DNA from: Candidatus Saccharimonadales bacterium
GTDB taxonomy: Bacteria > Patescibacteriota > Saccharimonadia > Saccharimonadales > EFPC-124
Length of the DNA stretch: 64,000 nucleotides
NCBI GenBank assembly: GCA_035710125.1
Contig: DASTDY010000063.1
Location: forward strand, 150,446-214,445
Reading direction: 5' to 3'
The first letter of the stretch is position 1. Each line of letters starts with the position of its first letter. A program made the translations under genes and the position numbers. The notes beneath the pieces were generated by a model. The model saw only the letters and a list, made by a program, of their open reading frames with translations, was not told where the DNA came from and did not search any database. Shown here piece after piece: positions 1 to 7,812 of this stretch.

Positions 1-1164
1 AGAGGCGACACCTGCCTGGCCCCAGAACCCAGCAAGGTTCGAGTTTTGCTGCGAGGCGAGTATTTGTGAAACACTAGCGTTGCCGCCTGCTGTGGTAGTT
101 CGTGAAATAATACCAATGTAGTATTGGCCTTCCGCCAGTGAACTGGTTGCCCCTAGCGTGAAGAGTTTTAGGCCGTTGTTAAGTGAGCTATTAACGTTGC
201 CAGAATGGGTAATCGCCCCACTTGCGGAAAAGCTTGTTAGTAATGATAGCGTTGAATCATCTCGCGTAAATATGCCAATCGACATAGATACAGACACCGA
301 AGCCGTAGAGTTAGACGAGCCAGTAAACACCATTGGCATGACTATACGGTCAAAAGAAACGTTAGGTATTTTGGTTGGTTGGAAGTGCAAGGATGCCTGG
401 CCCTGCTGGCCTGTTACCTGGATATATGCATCCTGCGGGTTAAAGTAGGAGTATGTAACGTCACTTGGTGCGCCAATGCTAATGGTGCTTCCGTTTGTAG
501 CAATACTTAGGCCCCCGGTTACAGACAGGCTAGAAGTTTGTGGCACAGAAAAGTTAAATGACTGGCCCGTAGTAGACGCAATAGTCATAGCACCGCCAGC
601 TACGTTTAGGTTAGCTGTACCACTCGTATAGGTGGTTTGGGAGTTGGCCAGCGCAATACCTCCGCCACCCGCCCCGCCGCTAATAGTGACGGCATTACCG
701 TTCTGGCTAAGCGTAATATTGTTTCCTCCGGCCAGGGTTAATGTTCCCGAGCTCACTTGTGCCATTACACCAGCTGTGTTGCCAGACAAGGTCACATTAT
801 GTAAGTTTTGGGTCTGCACCGTTTGGTTTGCCGCCGAAATTGTAATTGTGCCAGATGATGCGTTTAACGACTGGCTAAGTGTTACGTTGTTACCTCCGGC
901 AAAGGCGAATTGCAGCGCCGAACCACTTACAACGCCACTGGTGCCAATGGTGTTGCCAAGGTTGCTCATACCTAGGGTGTTAGAGCCTGCTGCCCCGCCT
1001 GCCCCACCGCTAATAGTTATGGCGTTGCCGTTCTGGCTAAGCGTTATGTTGTTGCCGCCAGCGAGGGTTAGGGTGCCGCTCGAAACGAGCGCGCCAGCTC
1101 CAGCGGTGTTGCCAGAGATTGTAGCATTTATTCGGCCTCCGTTGACGGGTGGTAAGTATGTCAT
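1..1164 (-). CDS. Gly/Asn/Thr/Ser-rich repeat protein (surface or tail-fibre-associated), 3' end cut by window edge
   Basis: Missing from the ORF track because it leaves the window. Manual reverse translation from ATG (cat 1162-1164, AGGA 7 nt upstream) reads MTYLPPVNGGRINATISGNTAGAGALVSSGTLTLAGGNNITLSQNGNAITISGG... with no stop down to nt 1. The + ORF 632..1177 is its antisense shadow. Confidence 0.6.
   Translation of the reverse strand, partial: MTYLPPVNGGRINATISGNTAGAGALVSSGTLTLAGGNNITLSQNGNAITISGGAGGAAGSNTLGMSNLGNTIGTSGVVSGSALQFAFAGGNNVTLSQSLNASSGTITISAANQTVQTQNLHNVTLSGNTAGVMAQVSSGTLTLAGGNNITLSQNGNAVTISGGAGGGGIALANSQTTYTSGTANLNVAGGAMTIASTTGQSFNFSVPQTSSLSVTGGLSIATNGSTISIGAPSDVTYSYFNPQDAYIQVTGQQGQASLHFQPTKIPNVSFDRIVMPMVFTGSSNSTASVSVSMSIGIFTRDDSTLSLLTSFSASGAITHSGNVNSSLNNGLKLFTLGATSSLAEGQYYIGIISRTTTAGGNASVSQILASQQNSNLAGFWGQAGVAS
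668..1123 (-). repeat. Intragenic coding repeat: two ~126-nt near-identical copies (668-793, 998-1123) 330 nt apart, with a degenerate half-copy between them
   Basis: The sense peptide SGNTAG..VSSGTLTLAGGNNITLSQNGNA.TISGGAGG occurs twice, with FAGGNNVTLSQ in between. The antisense ORF shows the same 110-aa offset (PAPPLIV.ALPFWLSV..). Confidence 0.7.
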
Positions 1165-1173
1165 GGGATTGTC

Positions 1174-1875
1174 CTAAATGATATACCAGGCACTGCCATC
1201 AGACACTATGGTGAGTGATGTGTACTGCAAGTCTAAAGAAATAGATGTTTGGCCATCTATGGTGTCGCTGCTCGACCGTGCAACAGTGCAGGTATTGCCA
1301 GAGTTATCTATACGTTTTACATAAAAGCGGTAGCCAGTGCTGGTAGATGCCGTGGGCAGCGTTATGGTGACGTTGCCGCTGGTGGCGTTGGCAAAAATAA
1401 CTGTGTCTGTAGCGCTTACGGTGTAGTTGCTGGTTTTGGTGCTGGTTGCGTAGGTGGTGTCGCTCCACGCAGGAATGCCACCCGATACGCGGAGTGTTTT
1501 ACCGGTTGCGCCAATGCCCAGCCGGACAAAATCGCCTGATGAATCACGATAGTATAGGTCACCGGTTGCGCCCGAGGAGTCGTCGTATATGGCAACTTTT
1601 TTGCGGACTGTGCCGGTGGTGATTGTAAAGTAAAGGCTGTCGGTGTTAAATTCTACCGCCCCAGCCTCGGCTGCCGAAAGCAATGTGCCAGATGTAAATT
1701 TAAGCGGGGCAGTCCCAGCAGTAGCCGTTCCGGCGCGGATTGTGACTGTCTTGTGGCCACCATTTGCGGCGTTGTCGACATCGGTGTTGTAATGCTCCTT
1801 CATGAGGAACTGCCGAATAATGTCGCCCCACACCCCATCGTCGCTATTTACGATCGGTAGCCGTTGTTCTGCCAT
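1174..1875 (-). CDS. Phage tail-fibre-like protein
   Basis: 233 aa. LPIVNSDDGVWGDIIRQFLMKEH at the N-terminus and GATGDLYYRDSSGDFVRLGIGATGKTLRVSGGIPAW match motif patterns I know from actinophage minor-tail/tail-fibre proteins. No signal peptide. Stop lies 9 nt before the next ATG. Confidence 0.55.
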   Translation of the reverse strand: MAEQRLPIVNSDDGVWGDIIRQFLMKEHYNTDVDNAANGGHKTVTIRAGTATAGTAPLKFTSGTLLSAAEAGAVEFNTDSLYFTITTGTVRKKVAIYDDSSGATGDLYYRDSSGDFVRLGIGATGKTLRVSGGIPAWSDTTYATSTKTSNYTVSATDTVIFANATSGNVTITLPTASTSTGYRFYVKRIDNSGNTCTVARSSSDTIDGQTSISLDLQYTSLTIVSDGSAWYII

Positions 1876-1877
1876 GA

Positions 1878-2081
1878 CTACACACCAAACTTGCGCGAGC
1901 CAAAGCCGTGCTTGTTGCTAGCAGCCGCTTGTGCGGTAGAATCGGGTTTTTCAGACGGATTAAACAGCATAGCAAAGTTGCCCAGTCCGAACAGCACAGC
2001 CAACGCGCCGCCGGCATGCTGCAAAAACTCCTTACGAGTCATTCTTTTAGACAGTAGCTCTTTGTTTAGAACGCTCCGCAT
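1878..2081 (-). CDS. Small protein with degenerate Tat-like motif (KRMTRKEFLQH + hydrophobic stretch), paralog of 18398..18607
   Basis: ORF track gives 1878..2111. An internal ATG at 2081 has GAGGGG 5 nt upstream (MRSVLNKELLSKRMTRKEFL...). Stop is 2 nt before the ATG of 1174..1875. Confidence 0.5.
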   Translation of the reverse strand: MRSVLNKELLSKRMTRKEFLQHAGGALAVLFGLGNFAMLFNPSEKPDSTAQAAASNKHGFGSRKFGV

Positions 2082-2146
2082 AACACCCCTCAGATACACT
2101 AAGTATAACAACAGTTAGGGAGTTCGTGCAATGTTTAGTTACAAAA

Positions 2147-3142
2147 CTAATGTTTTGTGAAGTGCATTTTTTTTGGGCGTTTAGAGAATCGGGCAAGCCG
2201 CGAAACGAGCGACCACAATCCTAAGCCAATAAGCCCCGTTAATAATAGGCCGACACCAATGAGGCGCCAGGGGAATAGCCAAAATGTTGCCTCTTTTTCT
2301 GCGGTAATGTCACGCTGGCCGTCGTTATATACCACCACGGCCTTGGCGGTAAAATGCCCCATGCGGGCATTCGCAAGGCTGTCTAAGAAGCTTGTTTTGT
2401 TGTCGCTCCAGGTTATGGTAAGGTCGCGTTCGCTGCCCGGCAAAATGTAGTTGGCGAGTTCGTTTACACGCAAAATGCTAATAGGAGTGTCGCTTCGTGA
2501 GCCGCGCTGAATAAAGACGTTACCCGCGGGCTGCACAATGGTATTGCCGGTATTTTTGATACGGAGTGAGAGTGTGGCGGGGAGGTGCTCATACATCTGT
2601 TGGCTTGGCTTAAAGTCGGTAATCTCCAGTTGTCTTGTTGCACCAGGACGGTCAACGTTGAGCAGTCCAAAAGTCATAACAGACCCTTTAATGTTCTGGC
2701 CGGCGCTTCGGGCGACAGGTTCGTTTGCGCGACGCAAAAGAAGTGCAAACGAATAGCTGAATCCGGCATCTTTAGGCACTGCAATATCAATTTTTTGGGT
2801 AAACCACTGGCCAGCTTGCACGGTAAAGGTGGGAGCCGAAAAATGAATCCATTGGGCGATAGCTGGTGTGGTTGTATCGTCTAGCTCAACCTGCTGGGTT
2901 ACAGAATTAAATGTAAAATTGCGGGGCGAGATAAACAGGGTTTCAGCCTGTGAGCCTGTGTTCCTTATTTTAAATTCTAGCGAAGTAGTTTCGCCTGGCT
3001 TTACTGTTGCAGTGAGCGGAGTCGGGGTAACTTGCAGGCTAAAATCACCTGGTTCGGCAGCTGCCGGTGCTGCGCAACCAAACAGCATACCTACTACTAA
3101 TACCGCAATAATTTGCCGGAACATGCGTGAGGTGTGTGGCAT
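2147..3142 (-). CDS. Secreted, C-terminally membrane-anchored cell-surface protein (DUF916/DUF3324-like architecture)
   Basis: Signal peptide IIAVLVVGMLFGCAAPAAA, then FSLQVTPTPL..VKPGETTSLEFKIRNTG. C-terminal TM helix LIGVGLLLTGLIGLGLW followed by a basic tail. Size and layout resemble WxL-cluster DUF916 proteins (pattern recognition only). Confidence 0.5.
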   Translation of the reverse strand: MPHTSRMFRQIIAVLVVGMLFGCAAPAAAEPGDFSLQVTPTPLTATVKPGETTSLEFKIRNTGSQAETLFISPRNFTFNSVTQQVELDDTTTPAIAQWIHFSAPTFTVQAGQWFTQKIDIAVPKDAGFSYSFALLLRRANEPVARSAGQNIKGSVMTFGLLNVDRPGATRQLEITDFKPSQQMYEHLPATLSLRIKNTGNTIVQPAGNVFIQRGSRSDTPISILRVNELANYILPGSERDLTITWSDNKTSFLDSLANARMGHFTAKAVVVYNDGQRDITAEKEATFWLFPWRLIGVGLLLTGLIGLGLWSLVSRLARFSKRPKKMHFTKH

Positions 3143-3151
3143 ACTAAAAGC

Positions 3152-4192
3152 CTAGAATAGGCCGGCGCCAATCACAGTAATTGTGTCGGTGTAGTCGGTG
3201 GCAGCTGCTGTTGTTGCCGAAATTGCCACATTGTTTTTTATAGTTAACACAGCTGTGTCAGCGGTACCGTTAGACGTTGCGAGAGTTCTAAGAGTTGTGT
3301 CTAACCCGCCGCCTTGGCCAGCAGCAGTACCAACAAATGGGGTGGCCACAGTAATTGTACCGGTGCCTCCTACCTGTGAGCTAGTTATACCTGTGTTATA
3401 GCCCGCCGTGCCTGCGACTTGCGTGCTGTTAGTGCCAGGTGTGGTAGATGCAATGGTGGCCGATGCCGTAGCAGAGGTGAGGCCTGTGTTTGCGTCTTTT
3501 GCTAAGACAGTCCACCCGGTTTTAGAGTTTGTGTTTACGGTAGCGGTACGCGGTGTGGGGCTGGTGGTGACCGAGCCAGTGCTTAGCGTTCCAAGTGCAT
3601 CCGTATTACCGCTTAATGCAAATGAAAACGTAGATGGTACAGTAGCGGTGACCACAATTTGGTCGTCTGCGATACTGGCAGTGCTAAATTCTGAGGAATC
3701 TATAGTTGCAGGCACGCTTGTTCGGGTAGCGACAGTGCCGGTGTTAGAGGCGGTTGCGCTCGATTTAACAGTAACAGCCGCGCTGTTTGTCCAGTTAAAG
3801 CAGTAAAGTGTGCCAACTGTAAGGTCACCACTTGGGAATGTCACCACCTGGCCAGTTACGTTTGACGCTGTAGAAACACTCGGCCACGCAGTGCCCCCCG
3901 TTGGCCAGGCAAGGTTGGTAGTGCTTACCGTAAATGTGCCCGCTGCGCCAAGGGTATAGCCCGTGGGGAAGGTAACTTGTACATCGGCTTCTGTGTTTGT
4001 AGATGTAGGCTTAGCGCAGATTGTACCGGTGGTAGCAGTACTGATTTTTAGACGATCAAAACGCACCATAGTCTGGCTAAGGTCTGCGGCGTGCGCCGGT
4101 TGGTTTGTTATTAGCGCGAAAAGAACGGGCAATACAAGGAGGGTAGAGACGGCCAGAGGAGATAGCGAAAACTTTGTGTGTCTTGATCTCAT
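3152..4192 (-). CDS. Secreted Thr/Ala/Ser-rich beta-type surface protein (possible WxL-like or fimbrial-type subunit)
   Basis: Signal peptide ..LLVLPVLFALITNQPAHA. Low-complexity T/S/A/G-rich body, with FSFALSGNTDALGTLS, KTGWTVLAKD and the C-terminal YTDTITVIGAGLF. First gene after an AT-rich divergent promoter region. Confidence 0.5.
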   Translation of the reverse strand: MRSRHTKFSLSPLAVSTLLVLPVLFALITNQPAHAADLSQTMVRFDRLKISTATTGTICAKPTSTNTEADVQVTFPTGYTLGAAGTFTVSTTNLAWPTGGTAWPSVSTASNVTGQVVTFPSGDLTVGTLYCFNWTNSAAVTVKSSATASNTGTVATRTSVPATIDSSEFSTASIADDQIVVTATVPSTFSFALSGNTDALGTLSTGSVTTSPTPRTATVNTNSKTGWTVLAKDANTGLTSATASATIASTTPGTNSTQVAGTAGYNTGITSSQVGGTGTITVATPFVGTAAGQGGGLDTTLRTLATSNGTADTAVLTIKNNVAISATTAAATDYTDTITVIGAGLF

Positions 4193-4347
4193 GTTTTTGC
4201 GTTTCTAATAGTTTATATTTTAGCTTTACACTTATCTTAAGCATAGCGCTAATGTTTTTATTGTGCAAGTGTGTGCTGGGTTTTGTCAATGCAATTTTAG
4301 TGGTACTATTGTAAGGATTTGCTTTATAAGCTTAAAAAAACAAACAA

Positions 4348-5292
4348 ATGCTCCGCATGCGCCATAAAAGCAAGAGACCTCTCCATAAAAAGGTTGCCCT
4401 GCACCCTATAAGTATTTTACTATTGCTTTGCTTTGGTGTGCTGTTGGTAGAAACTACAGTGCGCGTACATGCCGAAGAAACTATTACAGTCTCCGCTAAG
4501 GTGTCGGCGCCATTGCCATCTGCACCAGCAGTAATTGAGCAGCCGGCCGACCAATCCCACGTGACTACCCAAATTATTACCGTGCAAGGTACGTGTTCGC
4601 CTGAAACCGCCTATGTCTCACTTGTTGTTAATGGCGGGTTTGGGGGAGTGGCGGCCTGCCACTCTGGTACGTTTTCTGCGCAAGTTAGCCTGGTTCCAGG
4701 CGAAAACAGCGTGCAGGTCCGGTCATTCAATGCAACCGACGACGAAGGTCCGGTTTCGCTCATAGTTACAGTTTTTTACGATCCACCCCAGCAAGAAGTT
4801 CCAGAGCCCACCCCCGAACCCGCGCCTGAACCGCCACTCACAGTAACCCCAAGCCAACCTGGCGTGCCGCTGACGGCTGGCGCCCCATATACGTATCAGA
4901 TGCATTTTGCAGGCAGTCCCTTTGAGTGGCAGTTGATTATTGCAGGTGGAGTGCCTCCGTACACAATTATTATTGATTGGAAAGACGGCGAGACCACAGA
5001 ACTTACCTCTCAATCCGGAACAGTGTTACTGCGCCACGCATACCAACGTCCGGGCACGTTTGAACCGCTAGTGACTATTAGGGACGCAGCCGGTAATCTT
5101 ATGGTTATACAGTTGCTGGCAATTGTAAAAGCTTTGCCCCATGTGACCACCAATACTGAGCTCATTGATACATTCAGTAATTACCTAAGCATTGCCTGGC
5201 CGACATATGGCGTGGTAACTCTCGTGGTGTTTAGTTTTTGGCTTGGCGAGTTAGAATTGCTGCGGCTTCGAGGTAGGCGTCGTCCTAGCTAA
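4348..5292 (+). CDS. Membrane-anchored surface protein with PKD-like domain
   Basis: N-terminal signal anchor, Pro-rich linker PEPTPEPAPEPP, PKD-like IIDWKDGETTEL...LRHAYQRPGTFEPLVTIRDAAGN, and a C-terminal TM helix plus RLRGRRRPS. Confidence 0.6.
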   Translation: MLRMRHKSKRPLHKKVALHPISILLLLCFGVLLVETTVRVHAEETITVSAKVSAPLPSAPAVIEQPADQSHVTTQIITVQGTCSPETAYVSLVVNGGFGGVAACHSGTFSAQVSLVPGENSVQVRSFNATDDEGPVSLIVTVFYDPPQQEVPEPTPEPAPEPPLTVTPSQPGVPLTAGAPYTYQMHFAGSPFEWQLIIAGGVPPYTIIIDWKDGETTELTSQSGTVLLRHAYQRPGTFEPLVTIRDAAGNLMVIQLLAIVKALPHVTTNTELIDTFSNYLSIAWPTYGVVTLVVFSFWLGELELLRLRGRRRPS

Positions 5293-5313
5293 CAGATGTG
5301 ATAAAATTCGTGT

Positions 5314-6144
5314 GTGGCTGAGAACAAGTGGCAAGAGCTGTTTGTGGGTCGTACGATCCCATCACGCTCGTTCGCAGTTTTTGGCGTGAATCTTACAACA
5401 GGAATCGAGGTGGGGCATAATTCCAACCGGCTTATAGAAGCTGCCAGCACTATAAAGGTATTGGTGTTGGCGTACTTGTTGAGCCAGGTACAGGCAAGGC
5501 AGTGCAGTTTGTCTAACATTGAGTTCGTCAACGAGCTGGACCGGACCAACGCTGGTAGCGGCGTTTTGCAGTGGGGCACGCAAAAATCGGCGCTAGAGCT
5601 GGGCTTGCTGGCGCAGCTCATGATTCTTAGTAGCGACAACATTGCAACCAATTGTCTGGTGCGGGTATTCGGCGTAGAGGCAATCAACGATTTTGCCCGG
5701 AAGCTCTCGCTCGAGCACACACGGCTGGTGGGGCCACGGCTGGATTTTTCTACCAAGACGCCAGAAGGTATCGAGATGGGCGTATCTACACCGGTAGAAA
5801 TGGTCCGCCTCATGCGCAAGTTAGTCACGGGCGACTTGTTGAATCCAGACCTCACGAGTTTTGCGCTTGGCCTGTTGCAAGGTGTGACAGGTAGCCATTT
5901 CTTTAGGGGTATCGACATCGGCCAGTTCAAGCAGTCTGGCTCCAAAACTGGCTGGACATACCCAGATGGCGACATCTGTCTGGGTGAGTGCGGGTTCATG
6001 GTCAACGCAGAAGACCAGACCGCGGTGTTCGCCGTGTACAGCCGCCTGCCGTCAGACCCGCACCTTCCGTACAGCATCGATGCGTTGCCGCGCAAGATGT
6101 TCGGCCACGTGTCGCGTTTTGTTTACGACCAGCTGTTTTTGTAG
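5314..6144 (+). CDS. Class A beta-lactamase-related serine hydrolase
   Basis: SxxK (ASTIK), SDN (SSDNIA) and KTG (SKTGWT) motifs in the canonical order. GTG start. No clear signal peptide. Confidence 0.7.
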   Translation: MAENKWQELFVGRTIPSRSFAVFGVNLTTGIEVGHNSNRLIEAASTIKVLVLAYLLSQVQARQCSLSNIEFVNELDRTNAGSGVLQWGTQKSALELGLLAQLMILSSDNIATNCLVRVFGVEAINDFARKLSLEHTRLVGPRLDFSTKTPEGIEMGVSTPVEMVRLMRKLVTGDLLNPDLTSFALGLLQGVTGSHFFRGIDIGQFKQSGSKTGWTYPDGDICLGECGFMVNAEDQTAVFAVYSRLPSDPHLPYSIDALPRKMFGHVSRFVYDQLFL

Positions 6145-6212
6145 GGAGTGGCGCACCCAGTGTCTTGCTGGGTGCGCCACCCGGTTTGTAATCAGCCACA
6201 GATTATTCCATA

Positions 6213-6782
6213 ATGCGTATCATGAATCAGACGACAGTTTTTAGCGGCAAGATTGGCGAAGTTATCCACGAACAACAACCCGACGGGCGAACGTTTGAGC
6301 GTTTTCGGCGTCCGCCAGGCACTCGGTTAGTGATTGTGTCGCCAGATAACAAAATACTTATTACCAAAGAGCACCGGCAAGAAACCGGCAACGTAGACCT
6401 GCGCCTGCCAGGCGGGAAAGTCCGCGATAGCCTGGCCGAATACCACGCATTGCTCCAAAGCGGCCAATCCATGCTAGACGCAGCAAAAGAGGCGGCTGCC
6501 AAAGAGGCTGCCGAAGAAACGGGCCATATTGTTAAAGACTTACGGTTTTTAACCTGCGCGACCGCGGGCGCAACAGTAGAGTGGGACTTGTATTACTTTT
6601 TAGTGCGTGATTATTCTGAACATCCCGATGGCCAACAGCTAGAGCACGGCGAAGACATTACAATAACGTGGCTTACGCCAGCCCAACTCCGCCAAGCAAT
6701 AGCCGACGGCCACATGCAGGAATGGCGTAGTGTAGGTGTGTTGCTTGGGCTTGTGCTGCCAGGTCTAGAATCTAAAAAGTAG
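6213..6782 (+). CDS. NUDIX hydrolase
   Basis: Nudix-box-like LPGGKV...AAKEAAEETGHIV, with an insertion between the Gly and the REx2EE part. Confidence 0.6.
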   Translation: MRIMNQTTVFSGKIGEVIHEQQPDGRTFERFRRPPGTRLVIVSPDNKILITKEHRQETGNVDLRLPGGKVRDSLAEYHALLQSGQSMLDAAKEAAAKEAAEETGHIVKDLRFLTCATAGATVEWDLYYFLVRDYSEHPDGQQLEHGEDITITWLTPAQLRQAIADGHMQEWRSVGVLLGLVLPGLESKK

Positions 6783-6975
6783 CTGCGTCCGCGCCAAAAT
6801 GTGAAATTATTTATAGCAGCGGCATGTGCCCAGGGCTATAGTTAAAGTCGCAAAGTAACGTAAGGAGATTAGGTTATGTATCGAAACGCTCCTTAAGCCA
6901 AAAAGCAAGGGGCGCCGTAAAGTCGGCATACGCTAAGTTAGTTATAAAAGGCCTTTAAGCCATTCCCATGCCTTT

Positions 6976-7021
6976 AAAACAACCGGTTACGTGTATACCC
7001 ACGCATGAGCCGGTTGTTTTT
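6976..7021 (+). terminator. Terminator/attenuator-like hairpin just upstream of the AraC-family gene
   Basis: AAAACAACCGG (6976-6986) pairs with CCGGTTGTTTT (7010-7020), with an inner CGTG/CACG stem, ending in a T-run. Lies 21 nt before the ATG at 7042. Confidence 0.4.
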
Positions 7022-7041
7022 AATAGACGACTTACCCTAAA

Positions 7042-7731
7042 ATGACAGCAATGAGTTTTGAGTATCGCGAAAAGCCCGCAAAATCCCCGTACGTTGATGT
7101 GTTCTGGCAAACCAAAGACCTTACCGACGGCACATATCTCGCTGCCGCCGACGGTTCGTGGGATATTATCTTTACCACACTTACTAACGGTGATGTAACT
7201 GTGAGGCTGAGCGGCCCGTCTACTACGACTACGCCAGTCCATTATAAAAAAGGCAACCGTAACTTTGGTATGCGTTTAAAACAAGGTGTGTTTTTAACGC
7301 ATATTCCTACCTCCGAAGCTGTAGACACTACCGAAACACTACCAATGGTAAGTCGCGATACATTTTTGTTGGGTGGCCATGTTTTAAAAGTGCCTACGTA
7401 CGAAACGCTAGACGAGTTTGTCGGCAAGCTTGAAACACTAGGGTTAATAAGTGAAGATGCCATTGTGCGCGCTGTGCTTAAAGGCGTAAAATTCGGCGCT
7501 TCTAAACGGTCGGTACAGCGGCGTTTTGGTGACGCAATAGGTATGACGCCTGCCTATATTGCCCAGATCGAACGTGCGTGGCGTGCGGTAGAGCTGCTTC
7601 AGCAAGGAACGCCGATCCCCAAAGTAGCACACGAGCTAGGCTACGCCGACCAAGCTCATTTAAACCGTAGCATTAAAAGAGTCACTGGCTTCACGCCGCG
7701 CCAAAATGCACGACGTGGCGAGCCATTGTAG
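7042..7731 (+). CDS. AraC-family transcriptional regulator
   Basis: C-terminal AraC-type double HTH: SKRSVQRRFGDAIGMTPAYIAQIERAWRAVELL...VAHELGYADQAHLNRSIKRVTGFTPRQ. Confidence 0.75.
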   Translation: MTAMSFEYREKPAKSPYVDVFWQTKDLTDGTYLAAADGSWDIIFTTLTNGDVTVRLSGPSTTTTPVHYKKGNRNFGMRLKQGVFLTHIPTSEAVDTTETLPMVSRDTFLLGGHVLKVPTYETLDEFVGKLETLGLISEDAIVRAVLKGVKFGASKRSVQRRFGDAIGMTPAYIAQIERAWRAVELLQQGTPIPKVAHELGYADQAHLNRSIKRVTGFTPRQNARRGEPL

Positions 7732-7812
7732 AATGTCGTTTTTGTTCAATTATTCTTGTCACTTTGGTAGTTAAATAAGAACAGTCAAAACAAATAACAA
7801 AGGAGAAACGTT

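Noticed and set aside
632-1177. 181-aa + strand ORF rich in Pro/Leu/Val (PPPAPPLIVTALPFWLSV...)
   Set aside because: It is the antisense shadow of the minus-strand repeat protein (1..1164), which has an RBS, a sensible start and tight coupling to the upstream gene. The + frame is low-complexity and repeats only because the sense gene repeats.
5289-6095. 268-aa minus-strand ORF overlapping the beta-lactamase-like gene; similar long antisense ORFs at 10391..10990, 10994..11998, 11832..12404 (ftsH) and 22882..23748 (dnaK)
   Set aside because: The opposite strand encodes proteins with complete canonical motifs (SxxK/SDN/KTG, FtsH, DnaK). The antisense translations are Ser/Arg/Leu-rich with no motifs, as is typical of shadow ORFs.
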